Source: a virus | Length of the DNA stretch: 64,000 nucleotides | Reading direction: 5' to 3' (one strand) | Virus record (IMG/VR): IMGVR_UViG_3300008261_000018 | Location: 1-64,000 of that record | Shown here: piece after piece, positions 1 through 9,604 of the stretch | How the letters are laid out: the number at the start of each line of letters is the position of its first letter | Position numbering within the stretch: the first letter of the stretch is position 1 | Made by a program: the position numbers and the translations under genes | Notes under the pieces: generated by a model | Seen by the model: the letters and a program-made list of their open reading frames with translations, nothing else | Databases searched by the model: none | What the model was told of the DNA's origin: nothing

Positions 1-15
1 TTTTTCGTGCACTCC

Positions 16-29
16 TTCAGCAGTGCATT
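16..29 (+). promoter_or_regulatory. Early-region repeated motif TTCAGCAGTGCATT (copy 1 of 4)
   Basis: Same core CAGCRGTGCATT at 4025-4036, 10209-10220 and 14751-14762, each shortly upstream of a + strand start codon. Confidence 0.6.
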
Positions 30-49
30 TGTCGTTTCTGGTCAATCGC

Positions 50-187
50 ATGACTGAAATCAAAGACGTCCTCGGTGAGCTCTACCCCGAGATCGCCGAC
101 TTCCTGGCCGAGCAGGCTTACTTCAGCCAGCTCGCCATGCAAGAGGAGTACGACCACCTCCTCGAGCTCATCCCTGCTCGGCAGTGA
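50..187 (+). CDS. Small hypothetical protein (45 aa, MTEIKDVLGELYPEIADF...)
   Basis: Read manually; lies between the motif and a terminator, with phage-like codon usage. Confidence 0.6.
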   Translation: MTEIKDVLGELYPEIADFLAEQAYFSQLAMQEEYDHLLELIPARQ

Positions 188-206
188 CGCGAGTTTCTGA
201 CACTCC

Positions 207-236
207 GCCCCGGTGGCCCTGCTGCCGGGGCTCTTT
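207..236 (+). terminator. Intrinsic terminator-like hairpin
   Basis: GCCCCGG...CCGGGGC followed by TCTTT. Confidence 0.55.
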
Positions 237-285
237 CATGTCAACCTGCACGCCAGGTCGGACGTAACGCAACCCACATCACACC

Positions 286-1977
286 ATGCAATTCACCGTT
301 CCATCCACCCTCCAGCAGCGCATCGCCAAGTACGACCCCGAACTGCGCCGCAGACTCAAGGCCGAGGCCGCTTCCCAGCGCTCGGCCACACGGGGTCCCT
401 CCTACCCACTTGGCCTGCCGGTCGGACTGATCCCTCCTGGGATCGTCCCGGCCGACGCTTTCCTGCGGGCGCTGCAAACCATCAACACCTCTCCCGCCGT
501 TCGTCAGCACGAGCACTGGCTCGACGACGACGGCAACTTCAAAGCCGTCATCTGGCATGCCAATGCCGGCAGCGGCCGCAAACTCTGGGTCGCCGCCTAC
601 GCCGATCCCACCGAGGGGCTGCATCTGGCATGGGCCGCCAGACCAGGTGCAGCCAATGCGCCGCACCGGCTTTACCTCTACGAGGGAACGCCCGGCTTTA
701 ATCCCTTCAAAGCTGACACCGCCGAGGATCTCGAGTGCGGTCGCTCCACCTTCCGTGTGCACCGCTGGCATTTCACAGAAGCCAGCGTTGCCAGCGATCC
801 CCGCTACCTCCACGTCGCCAACATCTGGACCGTTGGCCAAGGCAACGGCCGCGCCGCTTGTTCTGATCGCGAGTTCATCCAGCAGACAGGCGACCGCGTC
901 CACCGCTACGCCACATCCATGCTCAGCAAGTCCTGGGAAGAGCGGGGCAACTGTCCCTTCGCTCGCGTCCAGGACACCTGGACCTCCATCCTCAGCAACT
1001 CAGGCGCACCGGCGAACTGGGTGCCGTCCCATTCAGACCTCCTGAAAGGCACCCCGATTGATACGCCCTGGTTCCGCAACCAGATCCAGGGCAGGCTCAA
1101 CGACATGCTCACTGAGTACGACGCACCAGTGGCGTCACCTCACCGCATTCGCAATCACTGGGCTGCCCTGAAGGATCAGTGCAAGGGCCTCAAGCCCATC
1201 ACTGAGATCTGGCCCGACGCCAGCCTTGATCATCTTCAAGCGCTCTGGCCCTTCAGCGATCAGATCAGCCGGCGGCTTTCCATCGACGACATCACCTGCG
1301 CCAACCAGCGCTACAGCCCCGGCGGCTTCCGGGCGCATGGCGAGAACCCAGTGATCGCCTGGATCAGGGAGCACCTGCCCCTGGCCACCTACGTCCACTG
1401 GATGCGCCGTGCCGCCGAGGAGAAAGACAACTACTGGTACTCCGACATCCGCCAGTTCAACCAGCAACTGGCCGCCTACATCACCAATGGCATGCAGTGG
1501 TCCGACGAGCAGCAGCGCTGGGTTGGCGTGCGCGAGCTGCCCAAGCCCAAGCGCCTGCGCCTCTCTGACCTCAACCGCCAACTGGAAGAGCGGCTCTGGA
1601 AAGTCAAGACCCCTGATGCACCCCTGCCTCAGGATCTTTTCCCGAGTCCCGTGCGCGTCACCACCAGTGACACACGGCTCTCGTTCTTCCAGCCCAACTC
1701 CGTCCACCAGCTGGCTGAGTGGGGCAACGCCGTCCGCAATTGCGTCGGCAATGGCACCTACGCCGATCGCATCAAGAAGTTCCAGAACTTCATCGTGCTC
1801 GGCATGGTCGACGGCAAGCCCACCTTCACCATCCAGCTCAGCCACCGAGACGGCCGGCTCCACACCGACCAGGTCGTCTCCATCTCCAACCAAGCACTGA
1901 GCGCCGACCAACGCCTGCTCTACCAGCAAGGCATGGAACTGGCGCTCGTCCAGCAAGCCGAGGCACTCGCTCAATGA
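286..1977 (+). CDS. PcfJ-like domain protein
   Basis: 563 aa; C-terminal LAEWGNAVRNCVGNGTY resembles the PcfJ L..EG..M.HCVG.Y motif. Confidence 0.65.
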   Translation: MQFTVPSTLQQRIAKYDPELRRRLKAEAASQRSATRGPSYPLGLPVGLIPPGIVPADAFLRALQTINTSPAVRQHEHWLDDDGNFKAVIWHANAGSGRKLWVAAYADPTEGLHLAWAARPGAANAPHRLYLYEGTPGFNPFKADTAEDLECGRSTFRVHRWHFTEASVASDPRYLHVANIWTVGQGNGRAACSDREFIQQTGDRVHRYATSMLSKSWEERGNCPFARVQDTWTSILSNSGAPANWVPSHSDLLKGTPIDTPWFRNQIQGRLNDMLTEYDAPVASPHRIRNHWAALKDQCKGLKPITEIWPDASLDHLQALWPFSDQISRRLSIDDITCANQRYSPGGFRAHGENPVIAWIREHLPLATYVHWMRRAAEEKDNYWYSDIRQFNQQLAAYITNGMQWSDEQQRWVGVRELPKPKRLRLSDLNRQLEERLWKVKTPDAPLPQDLFPSPVRVTTSDTRLSFFQPNSVHQLAEWGNAVRNCVGNGTYADRIKKFQNFIVLGMVDGKPTFTIQLSHRDGRLHTDQVVSISNQALSADQRLLYQQGMELALVQQAEALAQ

Positions 1978-2171
1978 CCAAACCCGTACCCACAGGCGAT
2001 AGCGATCCCACCCGAGATCAGCTGCTCAAGCTCCTTGCCGACCTCAATGCCCAGTCCAAAGCCGTAGGCGGCGTGGGCTTCGGCTTCTTCATGGACGGCA
2101 AGGGCAACACCTACTTCCAATCCTCAACCGACCTCGACACACCTGATCACCCTGAACTTCCTGAAGCCTGA
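1974..2171 (+). CDS. Hypothetical protein
   Basis: ATGA overlap with upstream gene. Confidence 0.55.
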   Translation: MTKPVPTGDSDPTRDQLLKLLADLNAQSKAVGGVGFGFFMDGKGNTYFQSSTDLDTPDHPELPEA

Positions 2172-2219
2172 CCAATTACTACGAATCTGACTAACCGCCA
2201 ACTATCACGAATCCAACTA

Positions 2220-2693
2220 ATGGCCAACAACTACGAAGTCGGCGCCACCCGTGTCCCCGCCGCCTGCTTTGCTCCAGGCGGGGCCGAGGCAGCCGTCTTA
2301 ATCAACGGCGAACTCCAGGACATCCTTGAACAAGATGACCGCCCAGAAGAGTTCGACGACTACTACGCAGGCTGCCTCGATACCGAGATGGGCGCCGATG
2401 GCTCCCTCTATCTCTCCAGCGGCGACGAATACTTCTGCCAAATGAGCTTCGAGTATCTGATCGCGAAGCTCGCAGAACGCAAGCTCATCACCAAGAGCTT
2501 CGGCATCCAGCTCGCCTACTACTGCAGCAAGCTCCGCCCCGACGAACACGGCGGCATCTACTGGCGAGCCCTGCCCAGCGGTGAAGTTCTAGCCATCGGC
2601 ACTCAGCTCGATGACCTTACCGACGAGCAGTTCCGCTATCTCGTCAACGTCCGCGAACGCCCTGCCACCTACACCTCCGCTCCCGACGCATGA
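2220..2693 (+). CDS. Hypothetical protein
   Basis: 157 aa ORF in operon orientation. Confidence 0.65.
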   Translation: MANNYEVGATRVPAACFAPGGAEAAVLINGELQDILEQDDRPEEFDDYYAGCLDTEMGADGSLYLSSGDEYFCQMSFEYLIAKLAERKLITKSFGIQLAYYCSKLRPDEHGGIYWRALPSGEVLAIGTQLDDLTDEQFRYLVNVRERPATYTSAPDA

Positions 2694-2971
2694 ACCACTC
2701 CCTGATCTCTCAGGCCAAGCGCTCATCGCGGCGCATCACTATCACCATCCCTCAATACGTCTTTGAGGCCGTGACTGCGGCCTCTGATCTCCAGGGCCGC
2801 TCCTTCTCCAACCTCGCCGCCTACCTCCTAGAGCGCAGCCTTGAATTCCTGAACCCACCAGAACCATGCCCGACCACATCGAAGCCACCTACATCGAAGA
2901 CCGCCTCGCTGTCGGCACCCTCGCCATCGAGGGCTATCTCCCCATCGCGGAGCACCTGCGCAACCGACTAG
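2690..2971 (+). CDS. CopG/ribbon-helix-helix regulator (cyanobacterial RHH_5-like)
   Basis: RRITITIP...A..QGRSFSNLAAYLLE motif. Confidence 0.7.
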   Translation: MNHSLISQAKRSSRRITITIPQYVFEAVTAASDLQGRSFSNLAAYLLERSLEFLNPPEPCPTTSKPPTSKTASLSAPSPSRAISPSRSTCATD

Positions 2972-3057
2972 AGCTCACCGAGTCTGTCGGCGATTGCATG
3001 CAGTTCACGCATGACTTCCGCAAACTCCTCGGCCCAATCGAGGACTACGCCCCGTAG
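2866..3057 (+). CDS. Hypothetical protein
   Basis: 63 aa ORF with plausible composition. Confidence 0.5.
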   Translation: MPDHIEATYIEDRLAVGTLAIEGYLPIAEHLRNRLELTESVGDCMQFTHDFRKLLGPIEDYAP

Positions 3058-3272
3058 GTCACCTCGGGCTGGTACCGGCCGCGCAGCGAGTATCCAGGCT
3101 CGCTGTGCTCCGGTGCCATCGCATGGAAGTCGCCCATCAGCGATTGCGGCACCAACCTCCCAGTGCCAAAGCCCTGGCGCAAACCGCCAATGCTCCCATT
3201 GCTCAACCCCTCACGAATATCCAACCCCAAACCTGTACCCGCCAACCGCAGCGGAAAATCACTGTCCATCAC
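3045..3272 (-). CDS. Small hypothetical protein with RLAG motif
   Basis: Last gene of a short - strand unit; RLAGTGLGL resembles N-termini of virion-region proteins. Confidence 0.45.
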   Translation of the reverse strand: MMDSDFPLRLAGTGLGLDIREGLSNGSIGGLRQGFGTGRLVPQSLMGDFHAMAPEHSEPGYSLRGRYQPEVTYGA

Positions 3273-3398
3273 ACAACCTGCACAAACGAACAGCTTCCTC
3301 AGCCATGTAGTAATACGACGTCCGATAGCAGCTCCTCGCCCGAAGAGCCGCTAATACCCGCTCCCAGATCTCACACTCCCAGGGCTCAGGCTTGGTCA

Positions 3399-3995
3399 TC
3401 AAGCCAGCTCGCGATTGCGCGCTTCCTGCTGCTCGGTTCCGTTCTGGATGTACTCCATCAGAGCCATCAGACCCTGACCGGCAGCAGTCAAGCCCATCAC
3501 GCTGCCACCTGCAGCAGCAGTGACCACGCCTGCACGGGCGATATCGCCACGAGTTCCTTCTGCTTGCAGTTGCTCGTTGGCATACAACTGCGCCTGACGC
3601 AGACGCTCCATCGGGCCAGAGCGACCATTGGCCGCCATGGATCCGATGAGCCGAGAGCGCTCATCCTTGTTGAGGCTCTGCAGGTTCTTACGAATATCGT
3701 CCGGTTCCACATTGGCGGCATCGGTTGTGCCTGTATAGGCATACATATCCCGAGCCGACATCGGAGTCGACTGCCCCCGGCTCATCCGCTTCAGCTGGGA
3801 AGCTGCTGCTTCTGACAGCTCCTGATCGGTACGACCGCTTAGCTCTTTCGCGCGGCGGGTGTAGCGATCGCCCTGCATCTTGGCGATCGAGCCCTCAAGA
3901 CCGCTCCGATCTGCCTGTGCGCGCCGGATGATTTCATCCTTCAGTGACTGAAGAGGATTCACGGATCTAGATGAAGCGCCTATGGGTGTCTTCAT
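3399..3995 (-). CDS. Hypothetical (possibly virion) protein; true start may be near 3962
   Basis: 198 aa ORF; TAGAAT hexamer at 3994-3999 on - strand. Confidence 0.6.
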   Translation of the reverse strand: MKTPIGASSRSVNPLQSLKDEIIRRAQADRSGLEGSIAKMQGDRYTRRAKELSGRTDQELSEAAASQLKRMSRGQSTPMSARDMYAYTGTTDAANVEPDDIRKNLQSLNKDERSRLIGSMAANGRSGPMERLRQAQLYANEQLQAEGTRGDIARAGVVTAAAGGSVMGLTAAGQGLMALMEYIQNGTEQQEARNRELA

Positions 3996-4024
3996 TCTAG
4001 ATCTGTTTTTGTTTTGACCTCATG

Positions 4025-4036
4025 CAGCAGTGCATT
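4025..4036 (+). promoter_or_regulatory. Early-region motif CAGCAGTGCATT (copy 2)
   Basis: Upstream of ATG at 4074. Confidence 0.55.
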
Positions 4037-4073
4037 TAAGAGGTCTGCTTCGTTTACTCATTCCTCCTTTCTC

Positions 4074-4412
4074 ATGGAACTCAACCTCGGCCCTCTCTCC
4101 TTCCGCGCCTATCGCGGCAATGGCTGGTGGAGCGCAGTCGGCGCTGTTGTCACCAACCGTGGATGCGGCCTCGCTCAACGTGAGTCCGCCATCCGCGCCA
4201 GCGCCAAGTCCGAGCACCTCACCGACATCACCGGCAAGGACAACCCGGAAGACACCTTCACCTGCCCGGTGTCCGGTGAGCTGTTCTACGGCAAGACCGG
4301 CTTCTCACCCCTCAGTGCGCAGCAGGTCTACGCCGCAACCCTGATCAAGCGCGCCCAGGCCGTCGGCCTCCAGGACGCCAAGGCCGCAACCGCTGAGCTG
4401 GCGAACGCCTGA
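4074..4412 (+). CDS. Hypothetical protein
   Basis: Strong phage codon bias; followed by a terminator-like hairpin at about 4420-4457. Confidence 0.65.
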   Translation: MELNLGPLSFRAYRGNGWWSAVGAVVTNRGCGLAQRESAIRASAKSEHLTDITGKDNPEDTFTCPVSGELFYGKTGFSPLSAQQVYAATLIKRAQAVGLQDAKAATAELANA

Positions 4413-4473
4413 TCCCGCGCCCCGGCTTGCAATCCGTAAGCCGGGGCTTCCCTTTTCTGGAATCCCCGCCACA

Positions 4474-4743
4474 ATGCGCAAGCCATGTCATGCACCGGAT
4501 GACCCAGGCATGTCCATCGATCCCAGCCGCTATCGCCACCTCCTTGCTCTGCGTGATGAGGCGGCTCGCCTCTGCGCTTCTGCCGAGGCCGAGATCGGGC
4601 CGTCCCCGACATCGGGCGAACTCAAGGCCCTCCGCCGCATCCGCTCGATCCAGCACTGCTTCGAGCAGCGCATTGCCCAGCTCGATCGAACGCTTCCAGA
4701 TCACCCACTACCAGAAGAAACTCCTCGTTCTTCTCATCCATGA
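4474..4743 (+). CDS. Hypothetical protein
   Basis: ATGA-coupled to next gene. Confidence 0.5.
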   Translation: MRKPCHAPDDPGMSIDPSRYRHLLALRDEAARLCASAEAEIGPSPTSGELKALRRIRSIQHCFEQRIAQLDRTLPDHPLPEETPRSSHP

Positions 4744-5384
4744 CACACACACCAACCTCCAATGGATCGTCCAGTGCGCGGACCCGTCGGACCTCGCGCA
4801 CTACGTCCTCGAACTCCACGCCGGCACTAACGACCGGATCCCCGACTTCCTTGTATCACCTGGGTCTGCAAGCCCAAGAGATTAGTGGCGAGATCGCCCT
4901 GGCTCTTGAGCTCATCGACTCCGAGGACATCGAGGAAAGAGAGACCGGCGAGGCACTGATTCAGCAGTACTTCGCCGCCAAGGGAGAAGTCGAGACCAAA
5001 GCAGACAACTACTGCTTCGTGATTCAGAGCGTCCTGCGTGATCGCGCTCGCTTCCGTAAGGAGCAAGCCAAGCGCGAGTACGAGCGTCTCGTCTCCTTGG
5101 CCGAGTCCGATGAACGCAAGGCGGACCGTATGGAACGCCTGCTCATCGACGTGCTCACCAAGCTCGACCCCGGCCAGAGCCGCTTCGATCTCCCGCGCTA
5201 CCGCATCTCCAGCCGGAGCAGCACCTCCGTCGAGATCACCGACGAGGACCTCATTCCCGAGGACATGCTCCGCGTCAAGACCACCACAGCGCCCGACAAG
5301 ACCCTGATCAAACAGGCCATCCAGTCCGGCCAAGACATTCCCGGCGCACAACTGAAGACCAACACCAACTGGACCATCAAATGA
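4740..5384 (+). CDS. Siphovirus Gp157-family protein
   Basis: Coiled coil then VEITDEDLIPE...PDKTLIKQAIQSGQDIPGAQL signature. Confidence 0.8.
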   Translation: MTHTPTSNGSSSARTRRTSRTTSSNSTPALTTGSPTSLYHLGLQAQEISGEIALALELIDSEDIEERETGEALIQQYFAAKGEVETKADNYCFVIQSVLRDRARFRKEQAKREYERLVSLAESDERKADRMERLLIDVLTKLDPGQSRFDLPRYRISSRSSTSVEITDEDLIPEDMLRVKTTTAPDKTLIKQAIQSGQDIPGAQLKTNTNWTIK

Positions 5385-5605
5385 ACCGTCACTACCAACT
5401 CGACTGGCCCACCTTCATTGACAACAAGCACGCCATCCTCGAGACCATGCAGCACTACGGCGGCAACTTCGCCCAGAAACTTGCCGCCCTTCTTATTTGC
5501 TCAGACCCCGGCAGGCTCAGAGCTAACTTCCTCGCCAATCTCGACACCATCGCCGAGTACGCGCCGGGATCTCCCCTCTTTCAAAGGACCCAGAAATCCT
5601 CCTGA
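5381..5605 (+). CDS. Hypothetical protein
   Basis: ATGA overlap; MQHYGGNFAQKLA pattern common in small phage ORFs. Confidence 0.6.
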   Translation: MNRHYQLDWPTFIDNKHAILETMQHYGGNFAQKLAALLICSDPGRLRANFLANLDTIAEYAPGSPLFQRTQKSS

Positions 5606-5818
5606 TTTCTTCCTGGTCCCAACCCCAAACCGCAAGCAGCGCCTGCTCACTCCCAACCCCGGGAGCCCAGCAGGTCGCTGCTTTCTCGCAGACATCGGCT
5701 CGATCCTCTGTGATCCCCCCAACCTCTACCGCCGTCTGGGCCCTGCTCTCCTTCTGTCTCCAGAAGAAGCCGACTTCGTTGTCTCTGTCCTTCGCTCTAG
5801 CCACTACTCCGTTCAACC

Positions 5819-6415
5819 ATGGCAACCCGCATCGTCACAACAGACCCCAAGCAAAGCAACAAATCACCTGACTACTACTACGTCCGCTTCAACGACAAGA
5901 CTCCTACTGGAACCGAGAAAACCTTCTCCTTCCCTAAGGCTCTCGCCGGCATCATCTCCAAGAACTATATGTTCGACGACTCCGCTCTCAAGTGGATCGA
6001 CCCGGTCGGCTGGGTTCTTCAGCTCGATTTCGACGCTGCGCCAACTGAAGATCCTCAACTCCCTCCTAACCCTGAAGCCGGGTGGTCCGATCCTGACCAT
6101 CTCACTGCCATCGCTCTCCCTGAGCCAGCTCCCCAGCCCGTCATCCCGAATCGCGGCGTGACTCCGCAGACCGCGCGCAAACATGCCGCTGCTGCACTGG
6201 CTGCCGAGCACAACTTGCCGGTCGAATTCCTCGAGCGGCTCTGGCTCTTGGGCCGGGGGCAGAACTTCATGGCCAAGCTGATCGGCGTCAGCGAGAAGCC
6301 CAGGCCTGAGGTTGCTCAACGCCTCGTTGTTACCGCCTTCATCGACTACTGCAGAGGCGAAGGCGTCAACCTCGGCGAACAAGAAGAGAAGCTCCTGCGC
6401 ACCCTGGCCGGCTGA
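5819..6415 (+). CDS. Hypothetical protein
   Basis: 198 aa ORF. Confidence 0.65.
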   Translation: MATRIVTTDPKQSNKSPDYYYVRFNDKTPTGTEKTFSFPKALAGIISKNYMFDDSALKWIDPVGWVLQLDFDAAPTEDPQLPPNPEAGWSDPDHLTAIALPEPAPQPVIPNRGVTPQTARKHAAAALAAEHNLPVEFLERLWLLGRGQNFMAKLIGVSEKPRPEVAQRLVVTAFIDYCRGEGVNLGEQEEKLLRTLAG

Positions 6416-6627
6416 TGAATCGATCAGCTCTCTTCCGCAAGGACCCCTGCCTCAAGCTCGCCCTCGAGCTCGGTTTCACCATCACGCCCGGCCGCAGGCA
6501 CTGGCACCTCAGCCACCCGAATGGCAATCACACGATTGCTTCTTTCGGTCGCAAGCGCCACGCCCGCAGCGAACGCAACACCATGGCCGCCATCAAGCGG
6601 GCGGCCCTTCTTCCTGTAGGTCCATGA
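6415..6627 (+). CDS. HicA-like (dsRBD-fold) protein
   Basis: LGFTITPGRRHWHLSHPNG resembles HicA GF..G.H..L.HP; no HicB adjacent. Confidence 0.5.
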   Translation: MNRSALFRKDPCLKLALELGFTITPGRRHWHLSHPNGNHTIASFGRKRHARSERNTMAAIKRAALLPVGP

Positions 6628-6747
6628 ACCACCCCTACCTCTATCCAGACGAGGCCCCCTGGACCGACGACTACTACGAACTCCGCGCCATTCGTAACCA
6701 CACCTTCAAGCCCGATGACCAACCTGAAATCACTGAAACGTACCTTG

Positions 6748-7053
6748 ATGGCCTTTGCGCTCATGCTTCAGCCACTGAGTGCTGAGGCGCGCACCGTCAC
6801 CGCCACTGTCTACGACGAGTGGTATCACGGCCGCACCGCCTACTGCGGCCAGACCTACATCCACTGGGGCGTCAGCGCCGCTCACCCCTGGCTGCCCTGC
6901 GGCACCAAGGTTCGCGTCTCTCATAAGGGCAGATCGCTGACGGTCCCGATCACGGACCGCTGCGAGTGCAATTCAATCGACCTCTCCGCCGGAGCGGCCT
7001 GGCGCCTTGGCGTCCCGCTCGACGGCATCGCTTCTGTGCAAATCAGCTACTGA
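6748..7053 (+). CDS. RlpA-like double-psi beta-barrel lytic transglycosylase
   Basis: ATVY...HGRTAYCG...AAHPWLPCGTKVRV...ITDR...IDLS motif set; signal-peptide-like N-terminus. Confidence 0.8.
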   Translation: MAFALMLQPLSAEARTVTATVYDEWYHGRTAYCGQTYIHWGVSAAHPWLPCGTKVRVSHKGRSLTVPITDRCECNSIDLSAGAAWRLGVPLDGIASVQISY

Positions 7054-7056
7054 TTC

Positions 7057-7464
7057 ATGAACCTCATCGCCCGCATGCTTCAGCCGCTCGTTGCCGCTGA
7101 AGTCAAACGCCAGATCAACTCGATTGACTACAGGCAAATCGCCGACTGGATGTGTGTCGTTGCCCTGGCTGAGCACATCAGTGTTCGCGGGGTCGCCGAG
7201 CAGATCGATGTCAATGACATTGCTTGCGAGCTCGATGTCAGTGACATCGCTGATGAGCTCGATCACGCCAAGGTCGCAGACGAGATCCGTCTCGACAACC
7301 TTGCCGCTGAGATCCGCCTTGACGAGCTCAGCCGCGAGATCGACTACTGCCAGCTGGCCGAGCAGGTCTCCTTCGATGACCTCGAAGCCAAGCTCGACTA
7401 CAGCCAGATCGCCAAAGAAGTCGCCATCTTCTTGTCCCGCAAACACCTTCGCTTCCATGACTGA
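7057..7464 (+). CDS. Acidic protein with 9-residue tandem repeats
   Basis: About 11 repeats of the form (I/L)DxxxIAxE. Confidence 0.7.
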   Translation: MNLIARMLQPLVAAEVKRQINSIDYRQIADWMCVVALAEHISVRGVAEQIDVNDIACELDVSDIADELDHAKVADEIRLDNLAAEIRLDELSREIDYCQLAEQVSFDDLEAKLDYSQIAKEVAIFLSRKHLRFHD

Positions 7465-7614
7465 TGAAACCGTCAGCCAACCTCGATCGATTTGAGCGCT
7501 TCCTGATTGTCACTGCCTTGGAGTATTACATCCTTAACAAAGAGGCAGACCCCATCGCCGGTGGCGTCCCTTATCAGGAGCACATGCAACACCTACGCAG
7601 CAGGTTTCTCGCCA

Positions 7615-7959
7615 ATGACTGACCCCGCCTTCGTTTTTCTGGATCCATCCCGGAAAGAACCCATCTTTCCGGACAAGGATGCAGACATCTTTCGCTGTCT
7701 CAGAATCTCCACGCAGCACATGCCCGACCCTGACGAAGACCTTGAGGATTGGTCGTTCGGGAATCTGCACGCATTCGGTCTCCAATGGTTTTTCGCTTAC
7801 GAAGAACAATACATTCTCTGCAATGACAAGGCAGATAAGCCAATCCCGGATTGGCTCTTCAATATCTGTATCGCCGCAAGAGAAATGTATGACTGCGAAT
7901 TCATCCTCCTTGACCCCAGTACAGCGCCCCTTGACATCTTCCCCACTTATGACCACTAA
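7615..7959 (+). CDS. Hypothetical protein
   Basis: ORF from MTDPAFVF. Confidence 0.6.
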   Translation: MTDPAFVFLDPSRKEPIFPDKDADIFRCLRISTQHMPDPDEDLEDWSFGNLHAFGLQWFFAYEEQYILCNDKADKPIPDWLFNICIAAREMYDCEFILLDPSTAPLDIFPTYDH

Positions 7960-8081
7960 TCACTGGGACAGTCATCCCGACTTCCCCGTCGAAGACTGGC
8001 GGTACGAAGTCGCAAACAACGATACGCGACTCGGCTACCAGGATTGGCTTGAGTCTCGCCTTGAACTTGCATCCGAAGACA

Positions 8082-8411
8082 ATGACTGACCCCGCCTTCA
8101 ACCTCGCTCAACTCGAGCAAAGACCCAACTGGTACCAACACCTAGACGCCGTGGAAAACGCTATCGCAGCAGAAGATGAGCTCTACCGCATTCGCTGGCA
8201 GGCCGGCTGGACCTGCGACGAGGGCGGCTGGTACGCACCCGACTGCACCCATGAGTACGACTGGATCCTCTGCGGGTATCCCTTCCCAGAGGAACCTGGC
8301 TATCAGGAATGGGCCGATGCCTTCTGGCATTACGAGCGTCTCGACAGCGAGCAGCACGCCGATCCCACTGGATCTAGCGTGAACGCTGAGTCGCACAGCC
8401 ACCCTGAATAA
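8082..8411 (+). CDS. Hypothetical Trp/Tyr-rich protein
   Basis: ORF from MTDPAFNL, overlapping the upstream small ORF. Confidence 0.6.
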   Translation: MTDPAFNLAQLEQRPNWYQHLDAVENAIAAEDELYRIRWQAGWTCDEGGWYAPDCTHEYDWILCGYPFPEEPGYQEWADAFWHYERLDSEQHADPTGSSVNAESHSHPE

Positions 8412-8442
8412 CCACGAAGCCAACCAGCGCGCGCAGGTTCCG

Positions 8443-8643
8443 ATGTACGACCTCCTCGACATCGCCTGCGCCGCCCAGGCCGCCCTGGAGCACGAGAAGA
8501 TCTCTGAAAAGGAATACGCCTTCAAGCACGTCCTCAACCGAGTCTTCGGCTACATGACTCCCGAGGCCAAGGCCGAGTTCAACGAATGGGTCGACCGCAA
8601 GGGTTGGCGCGCCAAAGAAACCATCATCCTCTCGACTACATGA
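8443..8643 (+). CDS. Hypothetical protein
   Basis: 66 aa ORF, ATGA-coupled to the next small ORF. Confidence 0.55.
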   Translation: MYDLLDIACAAQAALEHEKISEKEYAFKHVLNRVFGYMTPEAKAEFNEWVDRKGWRAKETIILSTT

Positions 8644-8842
8644 ACCTTGACCAGATCCGCGCGTCAGTTGACGCCGGGCGCACCGTCTTTTGGCGTCACA
8701 AGTCCTACCGCGTCGTCAAATCACCGACTGCTGACGCCTACCTCGTCTGCCACAACAACGGTCAGTGCTTCTCCATCACTGGCCCCGATGGCAAGACACT
8801 CCTCTGCAACGAATTCGACTTCTCACTGAACTGAGATCGCCC

Positions 8843-9604
8843 ATGGATCTGACCCTTCTCGCTGGGCGCTACAACGCCCTCAGCAACGACGCCTACCACG
8901 CCTTCAGGCGCTCGACTGAGAGCGGAGAAGATCCATGGACCGCAGCCATCAACGCAGCCAGAGTTCCCGACGACGAGTGGTCGCGCTGGAATGATCCGCC
9001 GATCCTCCTGCGTGACCACAAGCCCAGGGCCTGGCGCGTTGATACCGACTTCATCGACATCCTCGAGATCCCGTCCTTCCTCTCACTCATCGAGTGCCAG
9101 CGGCTGATCGACGTCATCGACTCCTCGCTCAGCCCCTCACTCGTTACCCACGGCCCAGACGACTACCGCACCAGCTCCACCTGCTATCTCGATAGCGCCG
9201 ACCCTGACCTCACCGACCAGCTCGACCAGCGCTTCGCTGATCTGCTGGGTGTCCCGCCCAGCTTCTCCGAGTCACTGCAGGGCGCCCGCTACGACAAAGG
9301 CCAGTACTTCAAGGAGCACCACGACTGGTTCGACCCGCACCACTACACCTGGCTCGAGCACGGCAACCTCGGCCAGCGCACCTGGACCGTCATGGTCTAT
9401 CTCAACACCGTGGAGCAAGGCGGCGAGACCTACTTCCCTGAGATCGAGCGCGCCTTTGCTCCCATTGCCGGCACCGCCCTGGCCTGGAACAACCTCTACG
9501 AAGACGGCACACCCAACGAGGACACCCTGCACGAAGCACGGCCCGTCCTCGCCGGACGTAAATACGTCATCACCAAGTGGTTCCGTTCCAAGCCGGCGGC
9601 CTAA
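8843..9604 (+). CDS. 2OG-Fe(II) oxygenase, prolyl-4-hydroxylase-like
   Basis: YRTSST...SESLQGARY...HHDWF...QRTWTVMVYLN...GGETYFP...TLHEA..V..GRKY..TKW. Confidence 0.9.
   Translation: MDLTLLAGRYNALSNDAYHAFRRSTESGEDPWTAAINAARVPDDEWSRWNDPPILLRDHKPRAWRVDTDFIDILEIPSFLSLIECQRLIDVIDSSLSPSLVTHGPDDYRTSSTCYLDSADPDLTDQLDQRFADLLGVPPSFSESLQGARYDKGQYFKEHHDWFDPHHYTWLEHGNLGQRTWTVMVYLNTVEQGGETYFPEIERAFAPIAGTALAWNNLYEDGTPNEDTLHEARPVLAGRKYVITKWFRSKPAA

Noticed and set aside
7455-7480. Hammerhead ribozyme (CTGATGA)
   Set aside because: No flanking stems with a correctly placed GAAA; it is a stop/start overlap between small ORFs
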